Assembly (NCBI GenBank): GCA_964480435.1
Contig: CAYZSS010000005.1
Coordinates: 4,593 to 36,592, forward strand
DNA: 32,000 bases
Source of the DNA: an uncultured archaeon
Lineage (GTDB): Archaea > Iainarchaeota > Iainarchaeia > Iainarchaeales > 0-14-0-20-30-16
Direction of reading: 5' to 3'
A model generated the notes under the pieces. That model had not been told where the DNA came from. It searched no databases and saw only the letters and a list, made by a program, of their open reading frames with translations. The position numbers were made by a program, and so were the translations under genes. Below, piece by piece: positions 7,663 to 16,387 of the stretch. The first letter of the stretch is position 1, and each line of letters starts with the position of its first letter.

Positions 7663-8508
7663 ATGCTAAAAAAATATTTCATTTTTTCAAAAAAAGATGA
7701 GTTCAGCAACAATATATTTAATGAGTTAAAGAGTGAGCTGAACCCGGATGAAAAAAAGTCCACAAAAGATTACCAGTTTTTTAATCTAAAATCTGGGCAA
7801 AAAGAAAACTCATTTCTTTTATTTGATGAGCTACATTTGTACTTTGATATACCCCAAACACCAATTTTAGATGAAGATGCAGTATACTTTATAATTTCAA
7901 AACATAAATCTAAAGACGGAGAATCATATTTTACAGTTCACTATACTGGAAACTATTTGAAAGCAGAGTACGGCGGAGAAGATAACACTTTATCCTTTTG
8001 TAATCCAAATCTAAAAGGACCTTTCTATAATACGCAGGAAATTCCTGTAAAATTTATGGTGGAGGCTACCCACCACGGTCCATATTTTACAAGGCCTCAC
8101 ATATTTATTGAATGTGGTCCTGATGAAAAATCTTGGGAAGATAAAGAAAATATTGTAAAGTATATAAAGTGGATAAAGCCTCTTTTCTTGTTGGAAGAAA
8201 TACCTCAAAAGAAAGGGGGAATAATCATTGGAGGAACTCACTATTTTGATTTTGAATTTATAGAAAACCTAGAAAGCAAACATAATGTAAGTATAGGTCA
8301 TATAATGCCTAAGTATATTATTTCCACCCTTATTGAAAATAGAGAAGAGTTTAAGAAAAGGATAGAACAAATGATTGAGAAGACCCTAAATTGTGAAGTA
8401 ATTTTTATTTACAAAAGTTATGTAGCAAGATATGGCGAAATAAAACAAATAGTTGAAGAAATCAAATTAGCAAGTAAAAGCAAAGAATTAGAAATTATTT
8501 CCATATAA
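7663..8508 (+). CDS. dtdA: D-aminoacyl-tRNA deacylase, archaeal type (DTD2/DtdA)
   Basis: Motifs colinear with archaeal DtdA: HYTGNYLKAEYGGEDN, EATHHGP, FIECGPDEKSWED, IIGGTHY, IGHIMPKY. Confidence 0.8.
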   Translation: MLKKYFIFSKKDEFSNNIFNELKSELNPDEKKSTKDYQFFNLKSGQKENSFLLFDELHLYFDIPQTPILDEDAVYFIISKHKSKDGESYFTVHYTGNYLKAEYGGEDNTLSFCNPNLKGPFYNTQEIPVKFMVEATHHGPYFTRPHIFIECGPDEKSWEDKENIVKYIKWIKPLFLLEEIPQKKGGIIIGGTHYFDFEFIENLESKHNVSIGHIMPKYIISTLIENREEFKKRIEQMIEKTLNCEVIFIYKSYVARYGEIKQIVEEIKLASKSKELEIISI

Positions 8509-8617
8509 AAAGTAGGTTGTCAAAGTTAATGCCTGTGCTTTTGCATAATTTTTTTTCTATGGTTTAACTATCTTGGACTAATTATTGCTGTTTAGTTTTT
8601 ATCCTACTCGCCTTTCA

Positions 8618-9256
8618 TTACTTGTATCTTGCAATTAAATAATCTTCTGCATAGTTTATTTCATATTCTGTTATTTTTCCGTTATCCAGATCCACCCTTA
8701 TCTTATCAACAAAGGGTGCGGTTTTTTCTTTTAGAATATTATCTGCAAAGATTAGTGCTTTGGTTGTAAGAAACTTAGAAAGGCTATTATAGTATTCAAT
8801 GTACTGGCTTTTATTTGCATCCATAAACAAAAAATCTATTTTTGTATTGTGTTTGTGCATATAATCCATAATGTTTGCATTAATTATTTTTACAAACTTT
8901 TCTAGACCTGCCGATTCTAAATTTTTTCTTGCTAGCCCTACCTTTTCACTCATTACTTCTATAGATTTGACTTCTCCTTTTGTTTGCTTTACTGCATCTC
9001 CAAAAAATAGAGTACTATATCCTACAGAAGTGCCTAATTCAAGTATCTGCCTGCAATTATTGGTTGTTACTAAAGAGTGCAGAAATTCTCCTTTTTCCCT
9101 AGAAATTCTCCACAGTTTTATTACTTCCTGCTCTTTTGGAAAAAGGGGGGGTGGCCCAAAAGACCCTTCGGGGGTTTTTATTTTTGGGATATAAAATTTG
9201 TCACCAAGCAATTCTATTTTTTTTAATTGGGCCAAAGTTTTTAGTTCTAGTTTCAT
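8618..9256 (-). CDS. Class I SAM-dependent O-methyltransferase (family 3, YrrM/caffeoyl-CoA-OMT-like)
   Basis: ILELGTSVGYSTLFF (motif I), acidic SIEV, DFLFMDANKSQY. Start set at ATG 9256, because the longer track ORF would overlap the gatD stop. Confidence 0.7.
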   Translation of the reverse strand: MKLELKTLAQLKKIELLGDKFYIPKIKTPEGSFGPPPLFPKEQEVIKLWRISREKGEFLHSLVTTNNCRQILELGTSVGYSTLFFGDAVKQTKGEVKSIEVMSEKVGLARKNLESAGLEKFVKIINANIMDYMHKHNTKIDFLFMDANKSQYIEYYNSLSKFLTTKALIFADNILKEKTAPFVDKIRVDLDNGKITEYEINYAEDYLIARYK

Positions 9257-9278
9257 GGAATCCCTTGATGTTTTTAGA

Positions 9279-10559
9279 CTATTCTTCTGTTCTGTTACCC
9301 ATCTCAAAAAAAAGCGGTTTTGTCATTAAATCAATTATTTCTGCCTTTTTATCTGTTTTTCCCAATACATGTTGCCCTTTAACAAAAGCAACTTCAGAGA
9401 GCATATCTTTTAATTCAATAACACCGGCGTCTTTTAGTTTGATTCCTGTGGAATAAACTCCCATGTTTGTTCTACCGTAAATTGTTTGGACAGTCATAAA
9501 AAATACAATGTCTTTTTCTTTTCTTATAAAATCAATAAAATTATCTGCTACGTGCCCTAGTCCTGTACCCTCAATAATTACTATTTTATATCCCTCTTTT
9601 TTTAAATAACTAATAATTTGTGGATCTTGTCCAGGGAAGAACTTTAATAGATAAACTTTGTTATTTAGTTTTCCTGGTTCAGTAAGTTTTTGTTCTGAGT
9701 TTAATTCATTATAAGCTTCAAAAAATTCTACTTTAGAGTTTTTAATATTCCTTAAATCAAAAATAACCTTGGCAACAATACCTTTATTTATTGATTTAAA
9801 GGCATCTCTTTTTGAAGAATGCATTTTTCTTGCCCTAGTTCCAAGTATAATGTTTATTTCATTATCGCTATTTCCGGAATGTAGAGAAACAAAAACTCCT
9901 CCTTTTTTTGATTCAAGAATAAATTTTACTGCTCCTAAAAGGTTGTATGTTGAATCTGAAGAAGGTCTATCACTTGATCTCTGTGCCCCTACTAATATAA
10001 TTGGGATATTTGTGCCATTAAGTAAAAAACTTAGAGCCCCGCTGGTATAGTGTAAAGTATCAGTGCCATGAGTAATAATTATTCCTTTATACTCTCCGTC
10101 TTTAATTTTTTTATAAACTGCTTTTGCAATTTCTTCCCAATGTTTTGAAGTAATATTTTCACTTAGTAAATTACTAAATGAATATGCTTCTATATTTGCA
10201 AGAGATTTTAGTTCTGGAATTAAATTTAGCAAATCATCTGCAGAAAACTGTGCACTTACTCCCCCGGTGTTATAGTCAATTTTTGATGCAATGGTTCCAC
10301 CTACACTAAAAATTAACACTTTAGGCTTGTTAATATCTTGGCTAACTTTTTTCTCTTTAATAGTTTCTATAGTTTCCATTTTCTCTTGTGTTTCTTTAAT
10401 GATCACTATATTTTCTTTAAGAATTCCCACATTATACCCATTTTTTAATTTTAAAATATATGTTTTATCTGTGGATGATGGTAATATAGTTCCTTTGATT
10501 TCATCTTCTTTTAATGCATTTCTAAACACAATCTCAACCATTTTTCCAATATAATTCAT
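9279..10559 (-). CDS. gatD: Glutamyl-tRNA(Gln) amidotransferase subunit D
   Basis: Asparaginase-type motifs VGGTIASKIDYNTGGV and IITHGTDTLHYT, with the archaeal GatD N-terminal extension. Alternative start at 10586. Confidence 0.85.
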   Translation of the reverse strand: MNYIGKMVEIVFRNALKEDEIKGTILPSSTDKTYILKLKNGYNVGILKENIVIIKETQEKMETIETIKEKKVSQDINKPKVLIFSVGGTIASKIDYNTGGVSAQFSADDLLNLIPELKSLANIEAYSFSNLLSENITSKHWEEIAKAVYKKIKDGEYKGIIITHGTDTLHYTSGALSFLLNGTNIPIILVGAQRSSDRPSSDSTYNLLGAVKFILESKKGGVFVSLHSGNSDNEINIILGTRARKMHSSKRDAFKSINKGIVAKVIFDLRNIKNSKVEFFEAYNELNSEQKLTEPGKLNNKVYLLKFFPGQDPQIISYLKKEGYKIVIIEGTGLGHVADNFIDFIRKEKDIVFFMTVQTIYGRTNMGVYSTGIKLKDAGVIELKDMLSEVAFVKGQHVLGKTDKKAEIIDLMTKPLFFEMGNRTEE

Positions 10560-10657
10560 TATTTCACCTATACCAAATTTAAACACAAATCTTAAATAAT
10601 ATTAATTAGTAAGTTATATATAGTATATACTGGTAATATTTATTAATAGGTGTAGCT

Positions 10658-10963
10658 ATGGAAAATAAAGAACTTATTATGAGATGCAAAAAGTACTTGG
10701 CTTTGTCAAAGAAAGCTCTAAAAAAGGTAAAAATCGCAATTCCAAAAACAGGGGCCTTATACAACAATGCAGAAGACTTTATATCTATGGCAAAAAATTA
10801 TATTTCTGACGGAGAATACCAAATGAAAATAGGTAATTATGATATTGCCCTTGCTTCTTTTTCATACGCCCATGCTTGGCTTGATGCTGGTGCAAGGCTA
10901 GGTTTCTTTGATGTAAATAATGATTCTAAACTTTTTACTTTGTTCCGAGAGGTGTCTAAATGA
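10658..10963 (+). CDS. Small helical protein, resembles archaeal DUF357
   Basis: SD AGGTG upstream. Motif ALASFSYAHAWLDAGARLG recalls DUF357 from memory only. Its stop overlaps the next start in ATGA (10960-10963). Confidence 0.4.
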   Translation: MENKELIMRCKKYLALSKKALKKVKIAIPKTGALYNNAEDFISMAKNYISDGEYQMKIGNYDIALASFSYAHAWLDAGARLGFFDVNNDSKLFTLFREVSK

Positions 10964-13425
10964 AAAACTATATTCTTTTTGTGTTTTGTCTTTTAATTCT
11001 TAGCAGTTCTGTATTAGTTGCGGCTGCTCCCCTTACTACTGGATCTATAGATCTTTTTGCAGTAACAGAGGATGGAAAAGGAATTTCTGCATCCTTGAAT
11101 CTGGAACTAGTTAGTGGTACAGGACAGGTTTGGTCAAAGATAACTTCTTTAATTGGGGTTAGTACACAGAATACGGAGAAAACAGTTATATTTCTTGCAA
11201 AAAAATATGCTGATAATGTGGATACCTTTGATTATAAATATGAAATTGTAAGCGATGCAGCAATTGTGGATGGGCCCAGCGCAGGATTACCTATGGGGCT
11301 ATTAACGGTAGGTATGTTAGAAGGAATAAAGATACCTGATTATGTTTCTGCAACTGGGACAATCTCTTCTCAAGGAGCAATTGGTGCAATTGGGGGGGTT
11401 TTAGAAAAAACTAAGGTGGCACATGATAAAGGAATAAAGCTGTTTTTTGTTCCAAAATCCAATCTTGATGTTGTTGTAAAAGATGACGGAGTAAAGAAAG
11501 TAAATTTAAGTAATTATGCTTATGAAAAATATGGTATAAAAGTAATTGGTGTTGATACCTTAGATGAAGCCTTGGCTTATCTTGATGAACCACTGGCAAA
11601 TATAGAAATAAGTAATGATATAAATCAAGAAATGGCAATGTATAACCCGCCTCCTACAAGCTATAAAGAAAATCTGGCTGGGTTTGCCAAATTTGTAACT
11701 AGTTATGGTGCAGAAGTAAAAGTTAACATAGAAAACTCAAAATATCTTATGAATAACACTCTGCTTGAACAGGATGTTACAAATACAATGCTTGAATTAA
11801 TTATATATGCTGAAAAATTATATGATGATGGTAAAGCTGCTGAAGATGGAAACTATCTTTATTCTTCTGCAAACTATTTCTTTTTGTCTAATATCTATGC
11901 TAATTTAGTGGTTGATGTTTGTAATGATCCTACTCTTTTAACAATTAATCCTGTTACCTTTAACGATAATATGGCTTTATTAAAATCTAATTTAGCGGTT
12001 TTAAAAACTAAACTAAATTATCTGCCTTATGAGGGCTTTGAATGGTTTGTTGCTGCACAAGAGCGTTACTTATGGGCGAGTTTTTATGTTGATGACATTG
12101 AATCAGTACAAGTTGTTATAAATAATCAAGTAAAAAATGTTGCAATGGATAAACTTGAAAAGTATGAATATGCTAGAGAATGGGTGAAAATTGCAGACAA
12201 TTTTTTACAAAACATAGACGAAAATAATACTGTAGGAGTATCTGTGGAAAGCTATAAAGAGTCTGCCGAACAGACCCTGTTGGAAATAAAAAAATCCGAA
12301 GTAGCAATAGAAAAATATGATTTACAAGATTTAGATAGAAGATTATCTGGTACAAAAGAGGCATATAATGCTGGTTGGTACCTAACATCTTTGTACGAAT
12401 CAGCAACTGTGTTGGGAATTGTTAATGCCAATATCATTATGGAAGACAAGAATTATGCTGATCTGAAAATACTAGTTTCTTCAAAAATAATGGCTTTGGA
12501 AGAAAATATGGGTGATTCAAATAACATGTATGTATGGCCTGAACTGTATTTAAGCCACGCAAAGTATTTCTTGAAAGAGGCTGAGTTTTACGTAGAACAA
12601 GGTAACATGGCTTATGGTCAAAATAGCTTAGAAAGTTCATTAGAATTATTGCAGTTAGCAGAAAATTTGTATGCTGCATCTAAAAATTTTTATGATAATA
12701 GAGATGTACTAAAAACAGTTATTATCTCAACAGAAATAGCCAAAGAACAGCAAGGCAATATAGAAACAAATAAAGAAAATAAAATTACTGTTGTTAGCTG
12801 GGGATTCTGGAACATAATTATTCTGATTGTTGTGTTGTTCCTGTTATCTTTGATGTTAATATATTTTATTGCAAAATATAAAACTCAAAATGATAATAAA
12901 GTTTTTAATGATACAAACCAGGAAATATCTCAGGTAAAAGCTTATCTGCTTGAATTAGATAAAAAATATCTAAGTGGAAGGATTTTGGATACAGAATATT
13001 CTTTGTTAAGAAAAGACTATAATAAAAAATTAATTACTTTAGAAAAAAAGAGAAAGGCTGTTATTGATAACCTTGAAGATTTATCTTACTTGGAAAGTCA
13101 GCAGAAATACCTTCAAAATAAACTTACTAGAACCATTGCTTTCTACACTAAAGGTTTGATATCAGAAGAAGAGTATAACAGGTTAGTAAATGATTACAAA
13201 GAGGAAATAACTAATATAAAATATAATATTGCTGAAGATCAGAAGAACATTCAAAAGGCAAGTAAAGAAGAAGCTTTGTTGGATACTAAAATTGCTGAAA
13301 TAAAAGCAGATAAAAAACCAAGTCCAAATAAAGAACTTACAAAACCAAAAATAGAAAAACAGATTACCTCAAAAAAAGAAGCAGTAAAAAAAACTAAAAA
13401 AGCCTCAAAAGTAAATAAAAAGTAG
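10960..13425 (+). CDS. Membrane protein with extracytoplasmic Lon-type S16 protease domain, helical ectodomain, one TM and a cytoplasmic coiled-coil/Lys-rich tail
   Basis: Signal-like N-terminus ILFVFCLLILSSSVLVAAA. VDGPSAG (Ser107) and IGGVLEK (Lys150) are spaced 43 residues apart, as I recall for E. coli Lon S679/K722. TM at aa 614-638. No Walker A/B anywhere. SD GAGGTG at 10949-10954. Confidence 0.75.
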   Translation: MKNYILFVFCLLILSSSVLVAAAPLTTGSIDLFAVTEDGKGISASLNLELVSGTGQVWSKITSLIGVSTQNTEKTVIFLAKKYADNVDTFDYKYEIVSDAAIVDGPSAGLPMGLLTVGMLEGIKIPDYVSATGTISSQGAIGAIGGVLEKTKVAHDKGIKLFFVPKSNLDVVVKDDGVKKVNLSNYAYEKYGIKVIGVDTLDEALAYLDEPLANIEISNDINQEMAMYNPPPTSYKENLAGFAKFVTSYGAEVKVNIENSKYLMNNTLLEQDVTNTMLELIIYAEKLYDDGKAAEDGNYLYSSANYFFLSNIYANLVVDVCNDPTLLTINPVTFNDNMALLKSNLAVLKTKLNYLPYEGFEWFVAAQERYLWASFYVDDIESVQVVINNQVKNVAMDKLEKYEYAREWVKIADNFLQNIDENNTVGVSVESYKESAEQTLLEIKKSEVAIEKYDLQDLDRRLSGTKEAYNAGWYLTSLYESATVLGIVNANIIMEDKNYADLKILVSSKIMALEENMGDSNNMYVWPELYLSHAKYFLKEAEFYVEQGNMAYGQNSLESSLELLQLAENLYAASKNFYDNRDVLKTVIISTEIAKEQQGNIETNKENKITVVSWGFWNIIILIVVLFLLSLMLIYFIAKYKTQNDNKVFNDTNQEISQVKAYLLELDKKYLSGRILDTEYSLLRKDYNKKLITLEKKRKAVIDNLEDLSYLESQQKYLQNKLTRTIAFYTKGLISEEEYNRLVNDYKEEITNIKYNIAEDQKNIQKASKEEALLDTKIAEIKADKKPSPNKELTKPKIEKQITSKKEAVKKTKKASKVNKK

Positions 13426-13432
13426 GGTGTAT

Positions 13433-14638
13433 ATGGTAAAGAAACTAAGTGCAATATCGGTTGCTAAGGGGTTAGAACTTCATCCTCGTTTTTCAGCAAA
13501 AGCAACAATAAAAGATATTGTTGATACTCCTTCATTTCTTTATGAATCTGATGTTGCCAAAAAAACTAGACACGGCGCAATAAAGAGAGAAGTTAATTTA
13601 TTAGTCTGGTGGGGACATCTTACTCCTGACCAGAAAAGAAAAGTACTATTTCTTGCACAAAGAAGAACCAGAACAGCATTAGCTAAAAGGTTGCTTAAGG
13701 AAACAAACATGACAAGTGGGCAGATTGCAGAAAAATTACACTCTATTAATATTCCTGCAAGTAGTCAAGGAGTACTAAATATCGCAAAAGAAGTAACACC
13801 AGGAAGAGACCCCAGGCCAGTAAGACTGGATTTATTAAAAAAAAGAATAGCTGCAGAGATACAAAGAAATTCACGAATAACATGGGATGAAATTGGTAGA
13901 AGAGTTGGACTTACAGGGGAGCGGGTATCAGACATTGCAAAAGAACTTGGATTAGAAAAAAAGTATGGGGGGGGCACACCAGATAGAGAAAAATTTGGAC
14001 GTTTTTCTTGGCTTAGAGAAAAAGCTATTACTTTTAATAAAAAAGATAAAAGTCCTAAATCAGTAGAAGAAATGGAGCAAAATTATAACTTTTTCAAAGA
14101 TGAAAAAGGTTTTACTCCAAAAACTTATGACCCATTTCTTAGATTGCCATTAAATACTCTGAAGGTCCGTGTTGCTAACTTAGAAAGATACGGTATAGAT
14201 TGGGCTAATGAAAGGTTTTGGTCTCTTTTGGGGAATAGTCCTGATTATATTGATTCCCAGATGAGAGTACTGGATGCTGTTGGTGCGTCTTCGGAACTAC
14301 ATGGCCTGTTATTTAGCCCTAGGCTAGAGGATACAAGAAAGCAATTTGTTGGGAGGTATCCTGAAAGTGAGAAAGCAGTTATAACTAAAGATGTACTTAC
14401 CTTATTTAATTTTGTTGCCAAGACTCTAACAAAGAAAATCATAGGAGTAAAGGATAGAAAGTATGTTTTTGTAGCAGAAAATATAATCCTAGAAACATTT
14501 ACAAACTGTAAACATCCTGAGCAAGACCCAACAAGTTTTTTAGTAATTTTATTTAGAAATGTTATGCATGGGTTAAAAGAAGAGGCAGCTCAAAGAAATA
14601 GAAAGGATAAAAGATATACTGACGCAGTAGGTTACTAA
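13433..14638 (+). CDS. Hypothetical multi-HTH protein (HTH-GRP linker-HTH module)
   Basis: Starts 8 nt after the stop of the previous gene, with SD GGGTG. MTSGQIAEKLHSINIPASSQGVLNIAKE, then PGRDPRPVRL, then RITWDEIGRRVGLTGERVSDIAKELGL. Track ORF starts at GTG 13427. Confidence 0.55.
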   Translation: MVKKLSAISVAKGLELHPRFSAKATIKDIVDTPSFLYESDVAKKTRHGAIKREVNLLVWWGHLTPDQKRKVLFLAQRRTRTALAKRLLKETNMTSGQIAEKLHSINIPASSQGVLNIAKEVTPGRDPRPVRLDLLKKRIAAEIQRNSRITWDEIGRRVGLTGERVSDIAKELGLEKKYGGGTPDREKFGRFSWLREKAITFNKKDKSPKSVEEMEQNYNFFKDEKGFTPKTYDPFLRLPLNTLKVRVANLERYGIDWANERFWSLLGNSPDYIDSQMRVLDAVGASSELHGLLFSPRLEDTRKQFVGRYPESEKAVITKDVLTLFNFVAKTLTKKIIGVKDRKYVFVAENIILETFTNCKHPEQDPTSFLVILFRNVMHGLKEEAAQRNRKDKRYTDAVGY

Positions 14639-14685
14639 TTTTTCTGATAAACTAAGAATTAGCGTTCTTACCTTTTTTTGAAAAA

Positions 14686-14746
14686 GGCTAGAAAGAATCA
14701 GGGATCTGCAAGCAGTTTAATTCTCTCATACGCCTTTTCGTTTTTT
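14686..14746 (+). terminator. Imperfect hairpin followed by a T-run, downstream of the 13433..14638 gene
   Basis: ggctagaaagaat...attctctcatacgcc (ggc/gcc plus a 7/8 inner stem), followed by ttttcgtttttt. Confidence 0.3.
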
Positions 14747-14936
14747 ACTTTCCAAGAGGGGAAAGTTAGTTTTCTTAAACTCAATTTCTATATTAAATAT
14801 ACCTTGAGAATATATATTGATTTTTGGTTCAACATCTTAAGCCATTTTCTCTTTTTGGGTTAATTTTATTTGTTTTATTAGTAATTACAGTTTGCATACC
14901 ACCCAAAAAGGGTGTAAGTCATTACCATAAAACCCA

Positions 14937-16379
14937 TTATTGTTTATATTTTAACTCAAAGAGTTTGTTTTTTAAGTCTGTTACCTTAATTCTATCCTGC
15001 TTTGTAGTCCATGAATCTCTTATGGTAACTGCTTTATCATTTAATGAATCATAATCTATTGTAATAGCGTACCTTACTCCTATCTCGTCGCTCTTGGCAT
15101 ATCTCTTACCAACGCTTCCTTTGTCTTCATAAAGAACTTTAAAACCACAATCAATAAGGTCTTTGAATATCTTTTTTGCTTCTAAATCAATACCATCCTT
15201 ATTTACAAGGGGGTATATGGCACAATCATATGGACTTACATTTGGGTTTAAAGTTAATACTAATTTACCATTTATTTCTGTTAAGTTTTGGTCTATAAGG
15301 CAGTAAAAGGTTCTATCTAGTCCTTTTGATATTTCATAAATATGTGGAGTAAATGATTCTCCATCCTCAACTACAGAAAGATTCTGTTTGCTTTGTTTTC
15401 CATGCCCTGAAAGGTCATGATCTGTTCTATAATTGTTTGCTGTTATCTCTATCCAACCTAGGCTAGTCTCAACTTCTGTGTCAAAAGTGAATGCAGAATA
15501 AAAAGCTCTATCATTCTTATCAACCTCTCTAAATCTTATCTTATCTTTTTTGAATCCTAGCGCTAAAAGAAAGTCATATTCTTGCAAAATATGTTCTGCT
15601 ATCACGTTATGTAGAATTAGGTTTTTCTGTTTTAATTCTTTAACCGTTGCTTCTCTAAACTCTCCTTCTTTGAATAGAATTGGAAGTGTTCTATTTTCAT
15701 CAATTTTATAATCATCTTTTTTAGGATTAAAAAATACTTCTACATCCATTTGCTCCATTTCTCTTACTCTTATTAGTGCGTTTCTTGGGGCAATTTCATT
15801 TCTATATGCTTTTCCAGATTGTGCAATTCCTAATGGTAATGAGTTTTTTGTTTTGTATAATCTGCTAAAATCAAGGAATATATTTTGGCAGGCTTCTCCT
15901 CTTAAGTATCCAACATCTTTTCCGGTGGCCCCTAGTTGTACTGGGAACATTAGATTGAATTGTTCTGTTTTCCCAAACCTGCTTTTACATTTCTCACAAA
16001 CCAGGTTTTTTTCTTTAATTATTTCATCAAATCGCGAAGTATCTTCGCTTTCGCCCAAAACAACTCCCGCAAGCCTTTCAATTAATTTATCTGCTCTTTC
16101 TACTGTTCCGCACTTGGTACATTTTACTATAGGATCATTCATACTGGTAATATGTCCTGAAGCCTCGAACACAATTTTTGGTAATATACTTGAACCTGAG
16201 ATTTCTAAATATCCATTGTTTTCCACAACTCGTTTTCTCCACTCAGATCTTATATTATCTCTGATTTTTAATCCAACAGGACCATATTCCCAAAAACCAG
16301 AAACACTACCATAAATTTCTGCAGATGGGAAAAACAGGTTTCGTCTCAATGCCAAATTCATAATGTCCATATCTATCAC
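14937..16379 (-). CDS. glyS: Glycyl-tRNA synthetase, archaeal/eukaryal alpha2 type
   Basis: RRNLFFPSAEIYGSVSGFWEYGPVGLKIRDNI N-terminal signature, class II core, and C-terminal anticodon-binding domain (YPLVNKDG...GKRYAKSDEIGVRYAITID). Confidence 0.9.
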   Translation of the reverse strand: MIDMDIMNLALRRNLFFPSAEIYGSVSGFWEYGPVGLKIRDNIRSEWRKRVVENNGYLEISGSSILPKIVFEASGHITSMNDPIVKCTKCGTVERADKLIERLAGVVLGESEDTSRFDEIIKEKNLVCEKCKSRFGKTEQFNLMFPVQLGATGKDVGYLRGEACQNIFLDFSRLYKTKNSLPLGIAQSGKAYRNEIAPRNALIRVREMEQMDVEVFFNPKKDDYKIDENRTLPILFKEGEFREATVKELKQKNLILHNVIAEHILQEYDFLLALGFKKDKIRFREVDKNDRAFYSAFTFDTEVETSLGWIEITANNYRTDHDLSGHGKQSKQNLSVVEDGESFTPHIYEISKGLDRTFYCLIDQNLTEINGKLVLTLNPNVSPYDCAIYPLVNKDGIDLEAKKIFKDLIDCGFKVLYEDKGSVGKRYAKSDEIGVRYAITIDYDSLNDKAVTIRDSWTTKQDRIKVTDLKNKLFELKYKQ

Positions 16380-16387
16380 TTAAAAAA

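Noticed and set aside
13427-13445. A recurring ATATGGT start context as a shared regulatory element. It occurs at genes 13433, 27210(-), 27264 and 6439(-), which begin MVK/MVE/MVI.
   Set aside because: Two of the four cases (13433 and 6439) are explained by a GGTG/GTGAT Shine-Dalgarno plus an AT-rich spacer directly before ATG-GTx. Four short matches in AT-rich DNA are not statistically compelling without a genome-wide count.
14824-15054. A 76-aa TTG-initiated ORF with one hydrophobic helix. Also a 19-aa ORF overlapping the glyS stop (TAATG, minus strand, about 14881-14940).
   Set aside because: The first overlaps the glyS 3' end by about 118 nt on the opposite strand and has no SD. The second is too short to support from sequence alone.
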